A stretch of 64,000 nt of DNA from Octopus sinensis (GCF_006345805.1 NC_043004.1:99014001-99078000); one strand, 5' to 3'. Shown: positions 12,632 to 24,721, counted from the stretch's first letter. Program-made: numbers and translations. The notes: generated by a model from the letters alone, not told the origin.

Positions 12632-12970
12632 ATCATCATCATCATCATCATCGTTTAACGTCCGCTTTCCATGCTAGCATGGGTTGGACGGTTCAACTGG
12701 GGTCTGGCAAGCCCGAAGGCTGCACCAGGCCAGTCAGATCTGGCAGTGTTTCTACAGCTGGATGCCCTTCCTAACGCCAACCACTCCAAGAGTGTAGTGG
12801 GTAATTTTATGTGCCACCGACACAGGTGCCAGACGAGGCTGGCAGACGGCCACGCTCGGATGGTGTTTTTTATGTGCCACCGACACAGGTGCCAGACGAG
12901 GCTGGCAGATGGCCCCGCTCGGATGGTGTTTTCTTATGTGTCACCGACACAGGTGCCAGACGAGGCTGGC
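12632..12970 (-). mobile_element. SINE family C with internal 63-bp tandem units
   Basis: (CAT)n tail at 12632; repeated TGTGCCACCGACACAGGTGCCAGACGAGGCTGGC units. Confidence 0.92.
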
Positions 12971-13189
12971 GAATAAATATATTTGCATACATGCATACAT
13001 ATATATATACATATATATGTATATACACATGCATATATGGGCACAGGACACCATAATAAATGGGGCCAGTATATTGCTGCACAAGTTGACCATTTCAAAG
13101 TAGATGATGTTAATACTTAGGTAAATAAATTACTTTTTATTAAGTATAACTAGTCTGGGAACCTTCTGATACCACTTTGTATATTGTAT

Positions 13190-13244
<55 letters not shown>

Positions 13245-13249
<5 letters not shown>

Positions 13250-13465
13250 GAAAGAATGGAGTTGAACAAAGATGTTAACAAAATCCTTTACTCTCGACAT
13301 ATGTTTCGAAGACAAGATGTTTTCATTCCGAAGGAATAAAGGGTGCATTGAAATTGCATAATGCACCCTTTATTCCTTTGGAATGAAAACATGTTGTCTT
13401 CGAAACATATGTCGAGAGTAAAGGAATTTTGTTAACATCTTCATTCGACTCCATTCTTTCATTTA
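13245..13465. repeat. Near-perfect inverted repeat (about 105-bp arms, 10-nt spacer)
   Basis: 13245-13349 is the reverse complement of 13360-13465 with about 6 differences. Confidence 0.95.
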
Positions 13466-13640
13466 TTCATATACAACACACAAATTTCTGCACATGAACC
13501 CGGAGTTTCTACCCTTGGACAGGTCACTTCAACTGTGTTTCTGACGTGAATTTGCTACCCAGGTTTCAGTTAAACAAATTTTCCATGCTGACGATAATAA
13601 ACATAGGATAATTCATTCACCTATTATATATATATATATA

Positions 13641-13779
13641 TACGATGGGCTTCTTTCAGTTTCTGTCCACCAAATCCACTCACAAGGCTTTGCTCGGCTC
13701 GAGGTGCCACACAGTGGGACTGAACCCAGAACCATGTGGTCGGTAAGCAAGCTACTTACCACACAGCCACTCCTACACC

Positions 13780-13782
<3 letters not shown>
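13641..13782 (-). mobile_element. SINE family A, head fragment with internal deletion
   Basis: GGGCTTCTTTCAGTTTC...ACCACACAGCCACTCCT. Confidence 0.85.
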
Positions 13783-13819
<37 letters not shown>

Positions 13820-14714
13820 ATGTATACAGAACAGGCTTCTTTCAGCCTCTGTCAGCCAAATCCACCTGCTGTATTTGGATTTTAACGAGTATTTGATTGT
13901 GTATGCATGCATAATTTTAAAGAGTATTTTATTTTATATCTCAAGTGTTTCTGTGTAAATTCAAGAAAATTCAAATATACAAATTCACTAACATCACTAC
14001 GAGCACCCCGACTCCTTATTACTAAGTCATCATTACCTCACATCTTCACCTACTCCTGGAAACAAATCACTGATTTGACATTCTGAATGAAAAAAATATC
14101 AAATGCTTCATTAATACATAGAATTACCATGTTGAAGGAAGCTTTAAATTTTACAGTTAATTTATATTTTACATTTAAAAAGGACCAACTAGTAAAGAAA
14201 AATAAGTTTTAGCATCAAACCTCTCTTGATATGGATATTTTAGTAAGATCTGGTACTGGTAAATGCTAAATTATCCTTTAGGCTGAGGAGAGGGAATCTA
14301 CGAATTTGCTTTTTATAAAAGTTATTAGAATGTGACATTTTCAGATACCTTTGAAGATGGGTGGAACCTGTTGCAGTAATAGAATTTTTAGATTGTGTTC
14401 AAGCACATATGTTTGTAAGCATAGATGATTGGATGTATGTAAGCATGTATATATATTGTGAGTGTGAGTATGTGTAGGGATATAGAACGTTAATGCTAAT
14501 ACATTATTACTTCAAGTTTCATACTAAATTCCATGCAAATCGATTATCAGGTGACGACAAACTCCACCACTTTCTGCTACATCACAGATCTTGTAGAAAC
14601 TGGATGATTTTGTCATCTGATTATTGCTTTACCTATGTATAGCAACAAATGTGAATTTACAATATATCACTAATGGACTATATAATTTTATGTATATACA
14701 AACGTAGTTACTTA

Positions 14715-15195
<481 letters not shown>

Positions 15196-15899
15196 TGTGT
15201 ACATCGTTGTGTGTAGGTAGGTGTATAATTTGTTTCTGTAAGCTATAGAATAGGGATGCAATTTCACAATATCCCTGAGTAAGAAGATCAGAAATGCTAG
15301 TTCATATGTGTATATGTGCGCATACACACTCATAATATCCACACTGTGTGTGTATATACATGTGTACACACATGCACATGTATATGTGTGTGAGTTTGTA
15401 TGTGTGCATGTGCTTAATCATATATATGCATTTATGTATGTATATCAATGTGTTTATGTGTATTGTTACCAACTTGGTTGAAAGTTTACTGTTAAGCCAA
15501 TGTGGATTTTATTTTTTAGAAATGCTATAAAGGTGAGAAATAGAGATTTTAAAATTTTCTTTCAATAACTCAAATCACTTACATTTACGTATGAGAAAAA
15601 AAAATATTCCTCCAGAAAAATCTAAATTCACTCAAAAAAATTCATACAGCAAGACAGCTATAAAAAAAATATATATTCCTTCTATTTTGAGTATTGTGTG
15701 TTCTGCTTCTGCTTAGAATAATCCTTTTAAAGGAAATGGCATTCTGAGAAAGGCATTTTATGTGAATAATATTTTACCTGGGGCTAATATTATTTTATTT
15801 CAGAGAATTTAGTGAATTATTTAACTCAGTGGAAAAGAAAAAAAAATGGAAAAAGAAACGAAAATATTAAATCTGGAAAAAAATATCTTAAACAGAATA

Positions 15900-15950
15900 A
15901 TGAGGATGATGATGGCTATGGTAGTGATTATACTGATCATTATGCTGCTG

Positions 15951-15994
<44 letters not shown>

Positions 15995-16055
15995 GCATGT
16001 CATAATAATGATGATGATGATGATAATGACAATGGCAATGATGATGATGATAATG
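15900..16055. repeat. Compound trinucleotide microsatellite (GCT/ACT/AAT/GAT)
   Basis: Direct. Confidence 0.9.
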
Positions 16056-16086
16056 GCTTCAAAATTTGGTCCATGACTATCAAAGT

Positions 16087-16560
16087 CAAACATATCCACC
16101 CCAGTACTAAACTGGTACTCGTTTTATTGACCCTGAAAGGATGAAAGGCAAAATTGACCTCAGTAGAATTTGAACTCCAAATGCAAAGACAGGCAAAACG
16201 GCACTAAGCATTTTGCCTTGGTTGCTAAGGATTCTGCTACCTTCCCACTAGTTTCAAATTTTTTATGAGGGCAGCAATTTAACCCTTTTGATACCAACCC
16301 AGCTGAAACCGGCTCTGGCTCTGCAGTACAAATGTCTCGTTTTCATAAGTTTTGAATAAAAATCTTCCACCAAACCTTAGTTACAATTTATATTCTTAAC
16401 ACTAGCTTAATGGTAACTAAGTAATTTTACTGAATTCTTTGTAATAATTAAAATTAATTGAAAGAAACACAGAGCATCTCAAAATAAATACAGTAACAAG
16501 AGGGTTAAGGGAGGGGTTAAGTCAATTACATTTTCAGTGCTTAACTGGTACTTATTTTAT
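16087..16560 (-). mobile_element. Two old family B SINE fragments; the second is interrupted by a TTAA MITE
   Basis: CTGGTACT...GAAAGGATGAAAGGCAAA...GAATTTGAACTC motifs; GGGAGGGGTTAAGTCAATTACA resumes after the MITE. Confidence 0.7.
16283..16504. mobile_element. piggyBac-like MITE
   Basis: TTAA|CCCTTTTGATAC ... GTAACAAGAGGG|TTAA (TTAA at 16279-82 and 16505-08); second copy at 20398-20624. Confidence 0.85.
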
Positions 16561-16577
16561 AGACATTCACACATACA

Positions 16578-16743
16578 TGAGGGGCTTCATTCAGTTTCCA
16601 TCTATCAAATCCACTCACAAGGTTTTAGTAGTTCAGCGGCTATAGTGGAAGACTCTTGCCCATTGTACCATACAGTGGAACTGAATCTAAAACCATGTGA
16701 CTGGGAACGGAACTTCTTACCATACAGCCACACCTGTGCCTAT
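16578..16743 (-). mobile_element. SINE family A head, diverged
   Basis: AAATCCACTCACAAGG...CTTACCATACAGCCACACCTGTGCCTAT. Confidence 0.8.
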
Positions 16744-17239
16744 ATATATATATATATATATAAATACATATACACCTACTCAAACACTGATGTATACAAA
16801 CATTTAGTTTCTATCTGCATGTATCAACAAATTAAATGCATTTCCATTTCCAATTCTGAAAAAAAAACAAAATCTCAAAAGTTACTCCTTGACCTTTGTG
16901 TCCATGTCACACCATCAACTCTTTCACACATACTTATGTATGTCTGTCATTACGAGAGAAAAACAAAATAAAAACAAAGATGTAAAATAAAATTAAATCT
17001 ACTGACAGATTAATTTCATATGTCCAATGTAAGTATTCTCTATCTCCCAAAAGTATTTTCAAGCCTCATTGGATAGAAAATAAAATTAATTCTATAATAA
17101 ATGCTTGCTCTGACCATCACAATGACAGGGAAATAGATATCTACACTAAAATTACCAAAAAATTTCCTTCACTCTCTTTTAATAGAACTGAGAAGCAACT
17201 TGAGATTAAAATTTAAGAAATTGCAAATTAATTCCACTT

Positions 17240-17715
17240 TGTGCACAAGCACATCTACAAACTAGAAATTGTAATAGTCAATGAGTGCAGTGCATTCTCT
17301 GATCCTGCTCCAGCAGGTTAGTAACTGGTTAGTATGGTGAAGATGCCGACGACCGCTCAGTTCAAAGTCTCCCTTGACCTCAAGTGGCCTGAACTCTTTA
17401 CATGAACACCACCCTGTACATAACTCCATGTTCCCCTACATGGCCTTGCTTTTTGCTTTTTGAGCCAAAAAATCAACTAACTAACTAACTAACTCCCAAA
17501 AGAACTTAGTACCAATAAGCTTCTACAATTTTGTGATTTTGGGCTTCACCTTCTGACCTCATTCCATCCAATTTTTTTCTGACAAAGGATCTGCTTCAAC
17601 AAGTTGACTTAGAACTGCAACACCCCTACTACTATGTCAACATTGTTAATAAAAATGGCGGTGCCCCAGCATGGCCACAGCTCGTGAGCTGAAACTAGAT
17701 AAAAAAAAGAAAAAA
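17240..17715 (+). pseudogene. CR1-clade LINE 3' end (ORF2 C-terminus plus 3' UTR)
   Basis: VKMPTTAQFKVSLDLKWPELFT* fits the CR1 C-terminal pattern (VV.A.T...FK..LD..W); ends GGCGGTGCCCCAGCATGGCCACAGCTCGTGAGCTGAAACTAG plus an A-rich tail. Confidence 0.7.
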
Positions 17716-18026
17716 TGATTCTTAAATTATTTCATAAACCAAAATAAAAAAAATAAATAATAAAATCTCTGTTCCACTTCATACGCTTGCTGATATTATG
17801 CACGGGACATATGTAAACTTGGACCTCATGGCAGCTATAACAAAGGCCAATGCCCTTTTTCGCAGTATCCCTTATGCTGTAGACTTCACAAAACATTAGT
17901 CCACATGGTATAAAGGGAAAATTTTATCCTACATTCATCCCCTGTTCTAAATACAGAGTCTTTTGCCTTAACCCTAAATAAGGAGACATACCAGCCAAAA
18001 GCAAACCATCTTCCATCTGAAATTGT

Positions 18027-18450
18027 ATAGGCACAGGAGTGGCTGTGTGGTAAGTAGCTTGCTAACCAACCACATGGTTCCGGGTTCAGTCCCACTGCGT
18101 GGCATCTTGGGCAACTGTCTTCTGCTATAGCCCCGGGCCAACCAATGCCTTGTGAGTGGATTTGGTAGACGGAAACTGAAAGAAGCCTGTCGTATATATA
18201 TATATATATAATATATATATATATGTATGTGTGTGTGTTTGTGTGTCTGTGTTTGTTCCCCTAGCATTGCTTGACAACCGATGCTAGTGTGTTTACGTCC
18301 CCGTCACTTAGCAGTTCGGCAAAAAGAGACCTATAGAATAAGTACTGGGCTTACAAAAGAATAAGTCCCGGGGTCGATTTGCTCGACTAAAGGCGGTGCT
18401 CCAGCATGGCCGCAGTCAAATAACTGAATCAAGTAAAAGAGTAAAAAGAG
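18027..18450 (+). mobile_element. SINE family A
   Basis: Full motif set. Confidence 0.95.
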
Positions 18451-18712
18451 AGAGAACACTCTTTTTACTCCGAAAACATAGCTGAACATGGAACACAATT
18501 AGTTCTATCTAAAGGGTGCAAAACTGAAAATAACAGCAAAAAAGCAATGACAAAACCAAAGTGCAAAACTGCAGACACATTCCAATTCTTAGAACTACTA
18601 AATAATTTCACAAAAGAAGAGATTAAAAACAGAAGAAATACCTTCACATCAAACCCTAAAGCTATCCCTAAACACTAACCAAGATTGCAATAGATCATAC
18701 GCTAAGTAGCTG

Positions 18713-18885
18713 TAGGCATAGAAGCGGCTGTGTGGTAAGTAGCTTGCTTATGAACCACATGGTTCTGGGTTCCTTCCCACTGCATGGCACATTGGGCAAG
18801 TGTGTCTTCTACTATAGCCTCCAGCTAACCAAAGCCTTTAGTAGATAGAAGCTGAAAGAAGCCCATTAAATATATGTATATATAT

Positions 18886-18938
<53 letters not shown>

Positions 18939-19208
18939 GTATATATATATATATATATATGTATATGTATATATATATATGTATGTGTGTGTATATGTTT
19001 GTGTGTCTGTGTTTGTTTCCCCAACATCGCTTGACAACTAATGCTGGTGCGTTTACGTCTCCGTAACTTGGCATTTTGGCAAAATGAGACTCATAGAATA
19101 AGTACTAGGCTTCCAAAGAACAAGTCCTGGGGTCGATTTGCTCAACTAAAAGTGGTGCTCCAGCATGGCCGCAGTCAAATGACTGAAACAAGTAAAAGAG
19201 TAAAAGAG
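18713..19208 (+). mobile_element. SINE family A with expanded internal (TA)n
   Basis: Full motif set with about 120 bp of internal microsatellite. Confidence 0.92.
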
Positions 19209-19664
19209 TGGATGATTTCAGTATTCCCTGTATAATGGTAACCTACAAATACTTTGTAAATATGGAACTACATCTAAGTTCAAAACAAGCAACAGTTGAA
19301 TTGCTGTGTGACTTTATGGATGATTGATTGCTTTCTCAACTTATGCTTGAGCCAACAAGACGCACCAAAAGTATACTGGATATACTGTTAAGAAAGTACT
19401 CTGGCACCATCAAAAGCATCTCAATGGATAAAATTCTCCTCTTTGATCATGGTATTTTATCAATATTTCAGTTGATTAAATTCTTCTCTTTGACCATAGC
19501 ATGATACTCTGTGTTCTTAGTTTCCAAAATATCAAAACCCATTTAACAAGTTGACTCCGCACGAAGCAGACAAGGGAGCAACTATTTATTATTTATCAAG
19601 TGAAAATCAAAAATCATATCAAAATCGAAATCGATCAACATCAATGGAATTTGTAGTTGTGGTA

Positions 19665-20120
19665 CCAGTGCCGGTGGCACATAAAATAAAGAACCATCCG
19701 AACGTGGCCGTAGCCAGCACCGCATTGATTGGCCTCCATGCTAGTGGCACGTAACAAACACCATCCGATCATGGCCGTTGCCAGCCTCGCCTCACCTCCG
19801 TGCTGGTGGCACGTAACAAACACCATCCGATCGTGGCCATTGCCAGCCTCGCCTGGCCTCCGTGCTGGTGGCACATAAAAAGCACCATCCGAGCGTGGCC
19901 ATTCGCCAACCTCGTCTGGCACCTGTGTCGGTGGCACATAAAAAGCACCCACTACACTCACGGAGCGGTTGGCATTAGGAAAGGCATCCAGCTGTAGAAA
20001 CATTGCCAGATCTGACTGGCCTGGTGCATCCTCCTGGCTTCCCAGACCCCAGTTGAACCGTCCAACCCATGCCAGCATGGAAAGCGGACGTTAAACGATG
20101 ATGATGATGATGATGATGAT
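19665..20120 (+). mobile_element. SINE family C with about 4 internal 62-bp units
   Basis: (A/G)GTGGCAC anchors at 19673, 19743, 19805, 19867 and 19930; (GAT)n tail. Confidence 0.93.
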
Positions 20121-20397
20121 CGACTGGTTTTTCACTCACACTTTCTCTGACATTGAAACAACTTGATACAAACTTGAGGTCATAGTCACCAACACTTTGA
20201 AAATACACTCAAACAATGATTGTAAGCGAAATCATGAGAAGGTGCCAAGGAGAAAAGAAAAAGGGAGAAACCATCAGAAAAAATCACAAGGTTAAATAAT
20301 AAAATAATTAGCTAAAACACAATGCCCAGTGGCTCCCATATCGATAGTAATAAAAATACTTGAGTAGTGAAAAGAAATTCACAGGATAGCATAAAAA

Positions 20398-20624
20398 CTA
20401 ACATTTCGTTACCAACCCAGCCAAAACCAGCTCTGACTCTGTAGTACAAATGTCTTATTTTATAAGTTTTGCATTAAAATATACCACCAAACCTTAGTAA
20501 CAATTTATGTTCCTAACACTAGCTTAATGACAACTAAGTTATTTTTCTAAATTCTTTGTTATATCTAAAGTAATTGAAAGAAACACAGAACATCTCAAAA
20601 TAAATGCAGTAATGAAAGGGTAAA
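20398..20624. mobile_element. piggyBac-like MITE, second copy
   Basis: Colinear with 16283-16504; termini decayed (TAACATTTCGTTACC ... GTAATGAAAGGGTAAA). Confidence 0.8.
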
Positions 20625-20820
20625 AGTATTATAGGACCACAGTGGTGGACTGGGTCATTAAGAAAATTAAACACAGCTCAGAATTGTTCTGCTTATTTAC
20701 CAACACACATAACACTGCTCTTTTATCCATTGGTCAAGTGTTGGACAGTTTTAACAACAGAATGTGGTTAACTCTGTTGATGGCTTTGCTGATGCCGAGA
20801 TATTCATTTTTAAAATTTTC

Positions 20821-21165
20821 TTTTTCATTTACTTGTTTCAGTCATTTGACTGTAGCCATGCTGGAGCACCGCCTTTAGCTGAGCAAATCGACCCCAGGAC
20901 TTATTCTTTGTAAGCCTAGCACTTATTCTATCGGTCTATTTTGCCGAACCGCTAAGTTACGGGGACGTAAACACACCAGCATCGGTTGTCAAGCGATACA
21001 TATATACGACGGGCTTCTTTCAGTTTCCGTCTACCAAATCCACTCACAAGGCTTTGGTCGGCCCGAGGCTATAGCAGAAGACACTTGCCCAAGGTGCCAT
21101 GCAGTGGGACTGAACCCGGAACCATGTAGTTCATAAGCAAGCTACTCACCACACAGCCACTCCTA
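20821..21165 (-). mobile_element. SINE family A (short internal microsatellite region)
   Basis: Family A motifs in reverse. Confidence 0.95.
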
Positions 21166-21810
21166 TGTGACTATTTATATCTTAGCCTTAGTAAGGCCAT
21201 CAACAGAGTTGACCACAATATTCTGTCGTTAAAACTGTCCATTTCTAGAGTCTATAGAAAGCTGCTGCAATGGCTTAAGTGTTTCCTGGTTAGAAGAATC
21301 CAGCATGTTGCCATTGTTGGAATCCAGTAAATGTCACCTATGGTATCCTTTAAGAAACTCTGTTAGGTATACTGCTCTTCACATTATACATAAACATCTC
21401 AAATGTCACTAGACACAACAAAACAAACATATTTGCAGATGACTTGAGGCTTCAGAAGAAAAGGAAATACAATTCCAGTCTAATATACATAATGGTCAGA
21501 TAAAAACTATATATTCTGAAATGAGGGACAATGTAATAATAAATACTTTAGAAAAGAGCAATTATGAAAGATTGCTCAGACTTTGATAACTGGGATCGTC
21601 ACAAAACACTCTGACTGTCTTCTCTCCAATGCTGTGGTGAATTGTTACATCATTTGCACAATGTAGAAAATATGCATTCAACCTTCACAAAACAATCTCA
21701 GGATCAAGTAATAAAATCACTTAGGGCTAGGATCCCTCTGATACACAAAAAAATCAGAACTCCAACATGTAGCCACATTGTGACACAACTATTTTGTCCT
21801 ATTTTAATTA

Positions 21811-22250
21811 ATATTCTTTTCTACTCTGGGTGCAAGGCACGAAATATATATATTTGGGGGGGGGGCGTTGATTAGATCAACCCTAGTACGCAATTGGTAC
21901 TTAATTTATTGACCCCGAAAAGATGAAAGATAAAGTCAACCTCAGCAGAATTTGAACTCAGAATGTAAAAACAGACGAAATACCACTAAGCATTTCTGCC
22001 AGCTTGTCGCCTTCCTATTTTAATTAATATTGTTTTCTACTCTGGGCACAAGGCCCAAAAGTTTTTGGTAGGGGGCCAGTTGATTAGATAGAACTCAGTA
22101 TGCAACTGGTACTTAATTTATTGCCCCCAAAAGGATGAAAGGTAAAGTCGACCTCGGCAGAACTGGAACTCAGAACATAAAGACAGATGAAATACCACTA
22201 AGTATTTTGGCCAGCGTGCTAACGTATCTTCAAAATTGCTGCCTTCCTAT
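21811..22250 (-). mobile_element. Two tandem family B SINEs separated by a repeated target sequence
   Basis: CCTATTTTAATTAATATT at 21798 and 22014, with a variant at 22246. Confidence 0.85.
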
Positions 22251-22261
22251 TTTATCTAATA

Positions 22262-22660
22262 CTAGCAGTATCGCCCGGCGTTGCTCGGATTTGTAAGGGA
22301 AATAACTATATAAGCATTTTTAGAGATGTAAAGTATAATAGCCATCTCAATATGGCTAACCACAAAGGGGGCGGGGGTGTTACTGTAGCTTTTTACGTTC
22401 TGAGATTTAATAATAAATTTTTAGAGTGTTACTTCCCTTATATATGCCAAAAATGCATTAAAAATGGGAAAAATTGATGGTAATTTTTTTTTAAATCGTA
22501 GACTCATCGTAGACGCACGCTAATACCCAGAAGGGCTCGATATGAATCACGACTATAAGATACCCGGTTTTGGTTAAACTGCACCGCAAAATGTGGGAGT
22601 AGTTAGGAATCTAAATCGTAGGAGACAGACAGCACACAACCTCTCTTTTATATATAAAGA
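22262..22660 (-). mobile_element. Non-autonomous Helitron, subfamily 2
   Basis: Minus strand A|TCTTTATATATAAAAG ... CCGAGCAACGCCGGGCGATACTGCTAG|T; colinear with 37205-37605. Confidence 0.88.
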
Positions 22661-22731
22661 TTAACAGCAAAGAAACTGACATAGAAAAACACTTGATATC
22701 CTTTAAAGATTATGTAGACAAATTCTCACTC

Positions 22732-22766
<35 letters not shown>

Positions 22767-23076
22767 ACACACACACACACACAAATATATATGAATATGT
22801 TTTAATTTTAAATAAAGTTAATTGAAGAACAGCTTTATAAAAGAGTTAATCTTTAACTTTTGCTTAAATTTTGTATGCAAAAATCCCTTTGATTTCTATC
22901 ATTTGTCCCAATATAAATTTGGAGAGCCACCTAAATAATCTCCAAGAAGACTAAGAAACTGGTCAAGATTTAAATTTGTTAGTCCTGATTGAAATGATTG
23001 CACAATGATGATCAGCTGACTTACTAGTGTATTCAGTGTTAGCATGTCCACCATATATTATATTAGAAAATATTGA

Positions 23077-23250
23077 CTTCAAATTTTGGCACAAAGTCAG
23101 CTATTTCAGGGGAGGGGGCAATCCAATTACATTGACCCTAAAGCTCAACTGGTGCTTGTTTTATCAACCTTGAAAGGAGAAAAAGCAAAGTCGATCTTGA
23201 CAAAATTTGAATACAGAACATGAAGATCAATGAAATGCCACTAAGCAAAA
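23077..23250 (-). mobile_element. SINE family B, old
   Basis: TTCAAATTTTGGCACAAAG...CAACTGGTGC...AAAGTCGATCTT...AATTTGAA. Confidence 0.7.
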
Positions 23251-23354
23251 TATTAACAAGGAAATGCTACTTTCATGATTAATTAATTTTACATCATTCA
23301 TGTAATAGAAATTCCAATATTCATTCAAAATATTTAACCTGTATTAAGTGTGAA

Positions 23355-23615
23355 TCATCATCATCATCATTTAGCGTCCGCTTTCCATGCTAGCATGGGT
23401 TGGACGGGTCAACTGGGGTCTGTGAAGCTGGAAGGCTTCGTCAGGCCCAGTCAGATCTGGCAGTGTTTCTACGGCTGGATGCCCTTCCTAACGCCAACCA
23501 CTCCGTGAGTGTAGTGGGTGTTTTTTACGTGGCACCTGCACAGGTGCCAGACAGAGCTGGCAAACGGCCACGAACGGATGGTGCTTTTACGTGTCACCGG
23601 CACGGGGCCAGGCGA
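23355..23615 (-). mobile_element. SINE family C
   Basis: (CAT)n-TTAGCGTCCGCTTTCCATGCTAGCATGGG tail and core. Confidence 0.92.
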
Positions 23616-23888
23616 TGCTGTGAATACTTGTCATATATGTCTGTGTAAGCTCATGCTTGGAACTCATTTGACTGTCAGGTTTTGCTAAGAAGAATGCCAA
23701 GTTCACCTTGTCTGGTGGTACTTTATGAAGAGGCTATAATAACGATTGCTGATAAAACCTCTGTTTCGATGAATGATGCTGGGTTTCAGACAGTTATTTT
23801 CTTCACAGCAACTGATTCTGGATTCGGGATGGTGAATATGTTACTGTCACTATCAGCGTTATTTTCCTTGTTGTTACTGTTATTGCTA

Positions 23889-24277
23889 GTGGAGGCGCAA
23901 TGGCCCAGTGGTTAGAGCAGCGGACTCGCGGTCATAAGATCGCGGTTTCGATTCCCAGACCGGGCGTTGTGAGTGTTTATTGAGCGAAAACACCTAAAGC
24001 TCCACGAGGCTCCGGCAGGGGATGGTGGTGATCCCTGCTGTACTCTTTCACCACAACTTTCTCTCACTCTTACTTCCTGTTTCTGTTGTACCTTGTATTT
24101 CAAAGGGCCGGCCTTGTCACTCTCTGTGTCACGCTGAATATCCCCGAGAAGTACGTTAAGGGTACACGTGTCTGTGGAGTGCTCAGCCACTTACACGTTA
24201 ATTTCACGAGCAGGCTGTTCCGTTGATTCGGTTCAACCGGAACCCTCATCGTCGTAACCGACGGAGTGCTTCCACAC
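23889..24277 (+). mobile_element. Intact tRNA-derived SINE (family D) with 13-bp TSD
   Basis: Head GGAGGCGCAATGGCCCAGTGGTTAGAGCAGCGGACTCGCGGTC...GGTTTCGATTCCC; TSD ACTGTTATTGCTA at 23876-88 and 24278-90. Confidence 0.93.
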
Positions 24278-24337
24278 ACTGTTATTGCTATTACACTAAT
24301 TTCATCAGATTTTATTTGGCATGGGTAGGGACATTAA

Positions 24338-24721
24338 GCCTATGCAGTCACCTTATTTGACCAATTCCAGTTGTTAGTGGAAGGAGGACTTGCCAACATC
24401 CTTGTGTGGATTGTCATTGTTGTTGTGAAAGAACTATCAGAATGACATTAGGAGCAGTAACACAGTGTTCAGTTTCAAGGAACATATCTGTACAAATAGC
24501 TCTTTCACTTGAAGGACTCGTTGGCTGTTAATTGACATTTGGTCTGTCTATATTTGCATTGGTATGAGCTATCATGTCTTCAAAGACTAAATTGAGAGAA
24601 CTGAGAACTCTACGACTTGTTGATTGACCAATACTTGAGGAAGACGTGCTAATTAGAGAGTTTGATTGAGAGGTCATTTGGCAGTATCTTGGAATTGGTC
24701 AAACAAGGTGACTGCATTGGC
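24338..24721. mobile_element. TTAA-flanked element with about 31-bp TIRs, superfamily unassigned
   Basis: TTAA|GCCTATGCAGTCACCTTATTTGACCAATTCCA ... TGGAATTGGTCAAACAAGGTGACTGCATTGGC|TTAA (2 mismatches). Confidence 0.75.

Larger units (their letters stand above)
19215..21790 (+). pseudogene. Ancient CR1-clade ORF2 (endonuclease end, linker, RT) fragmented by three later insertions
   Basis: Collinear motifs: DDFSIP (GDFNxP), LSQLMLEPTRRTKSILDILL (QxVxEPTRxxxILDL), LFDH (SDH), IKKIK...SIGQV (IKxNPK...IGPL), SKAINRVDHNIL (SKAFDxVDH), VTYGIL*ETLLGILLFTLYIN (GVPQG..LGPLLF.LYIND), IFADD. Confidence 0.75.

Noticed and set aside
13060-13182. Possible mariner TIR stub (minus strand TACAAAGTGGTATCAGAAGGTTCCCAGACT)
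   Set aside because: Too short to support without alignment.
14345-14380. TTGAAGATGGGTGGAACCT resembling a PLE pLTR core
   Set aside because: Lacks GAAAC after the stem and has a mutated core.
23891-23965. tRNA-like sequence
   Set aside because: It is the head of a SINE (followed by body, tail and TSD) and lacks a proper acceptor stem; no genuine tRNA gene was seen.
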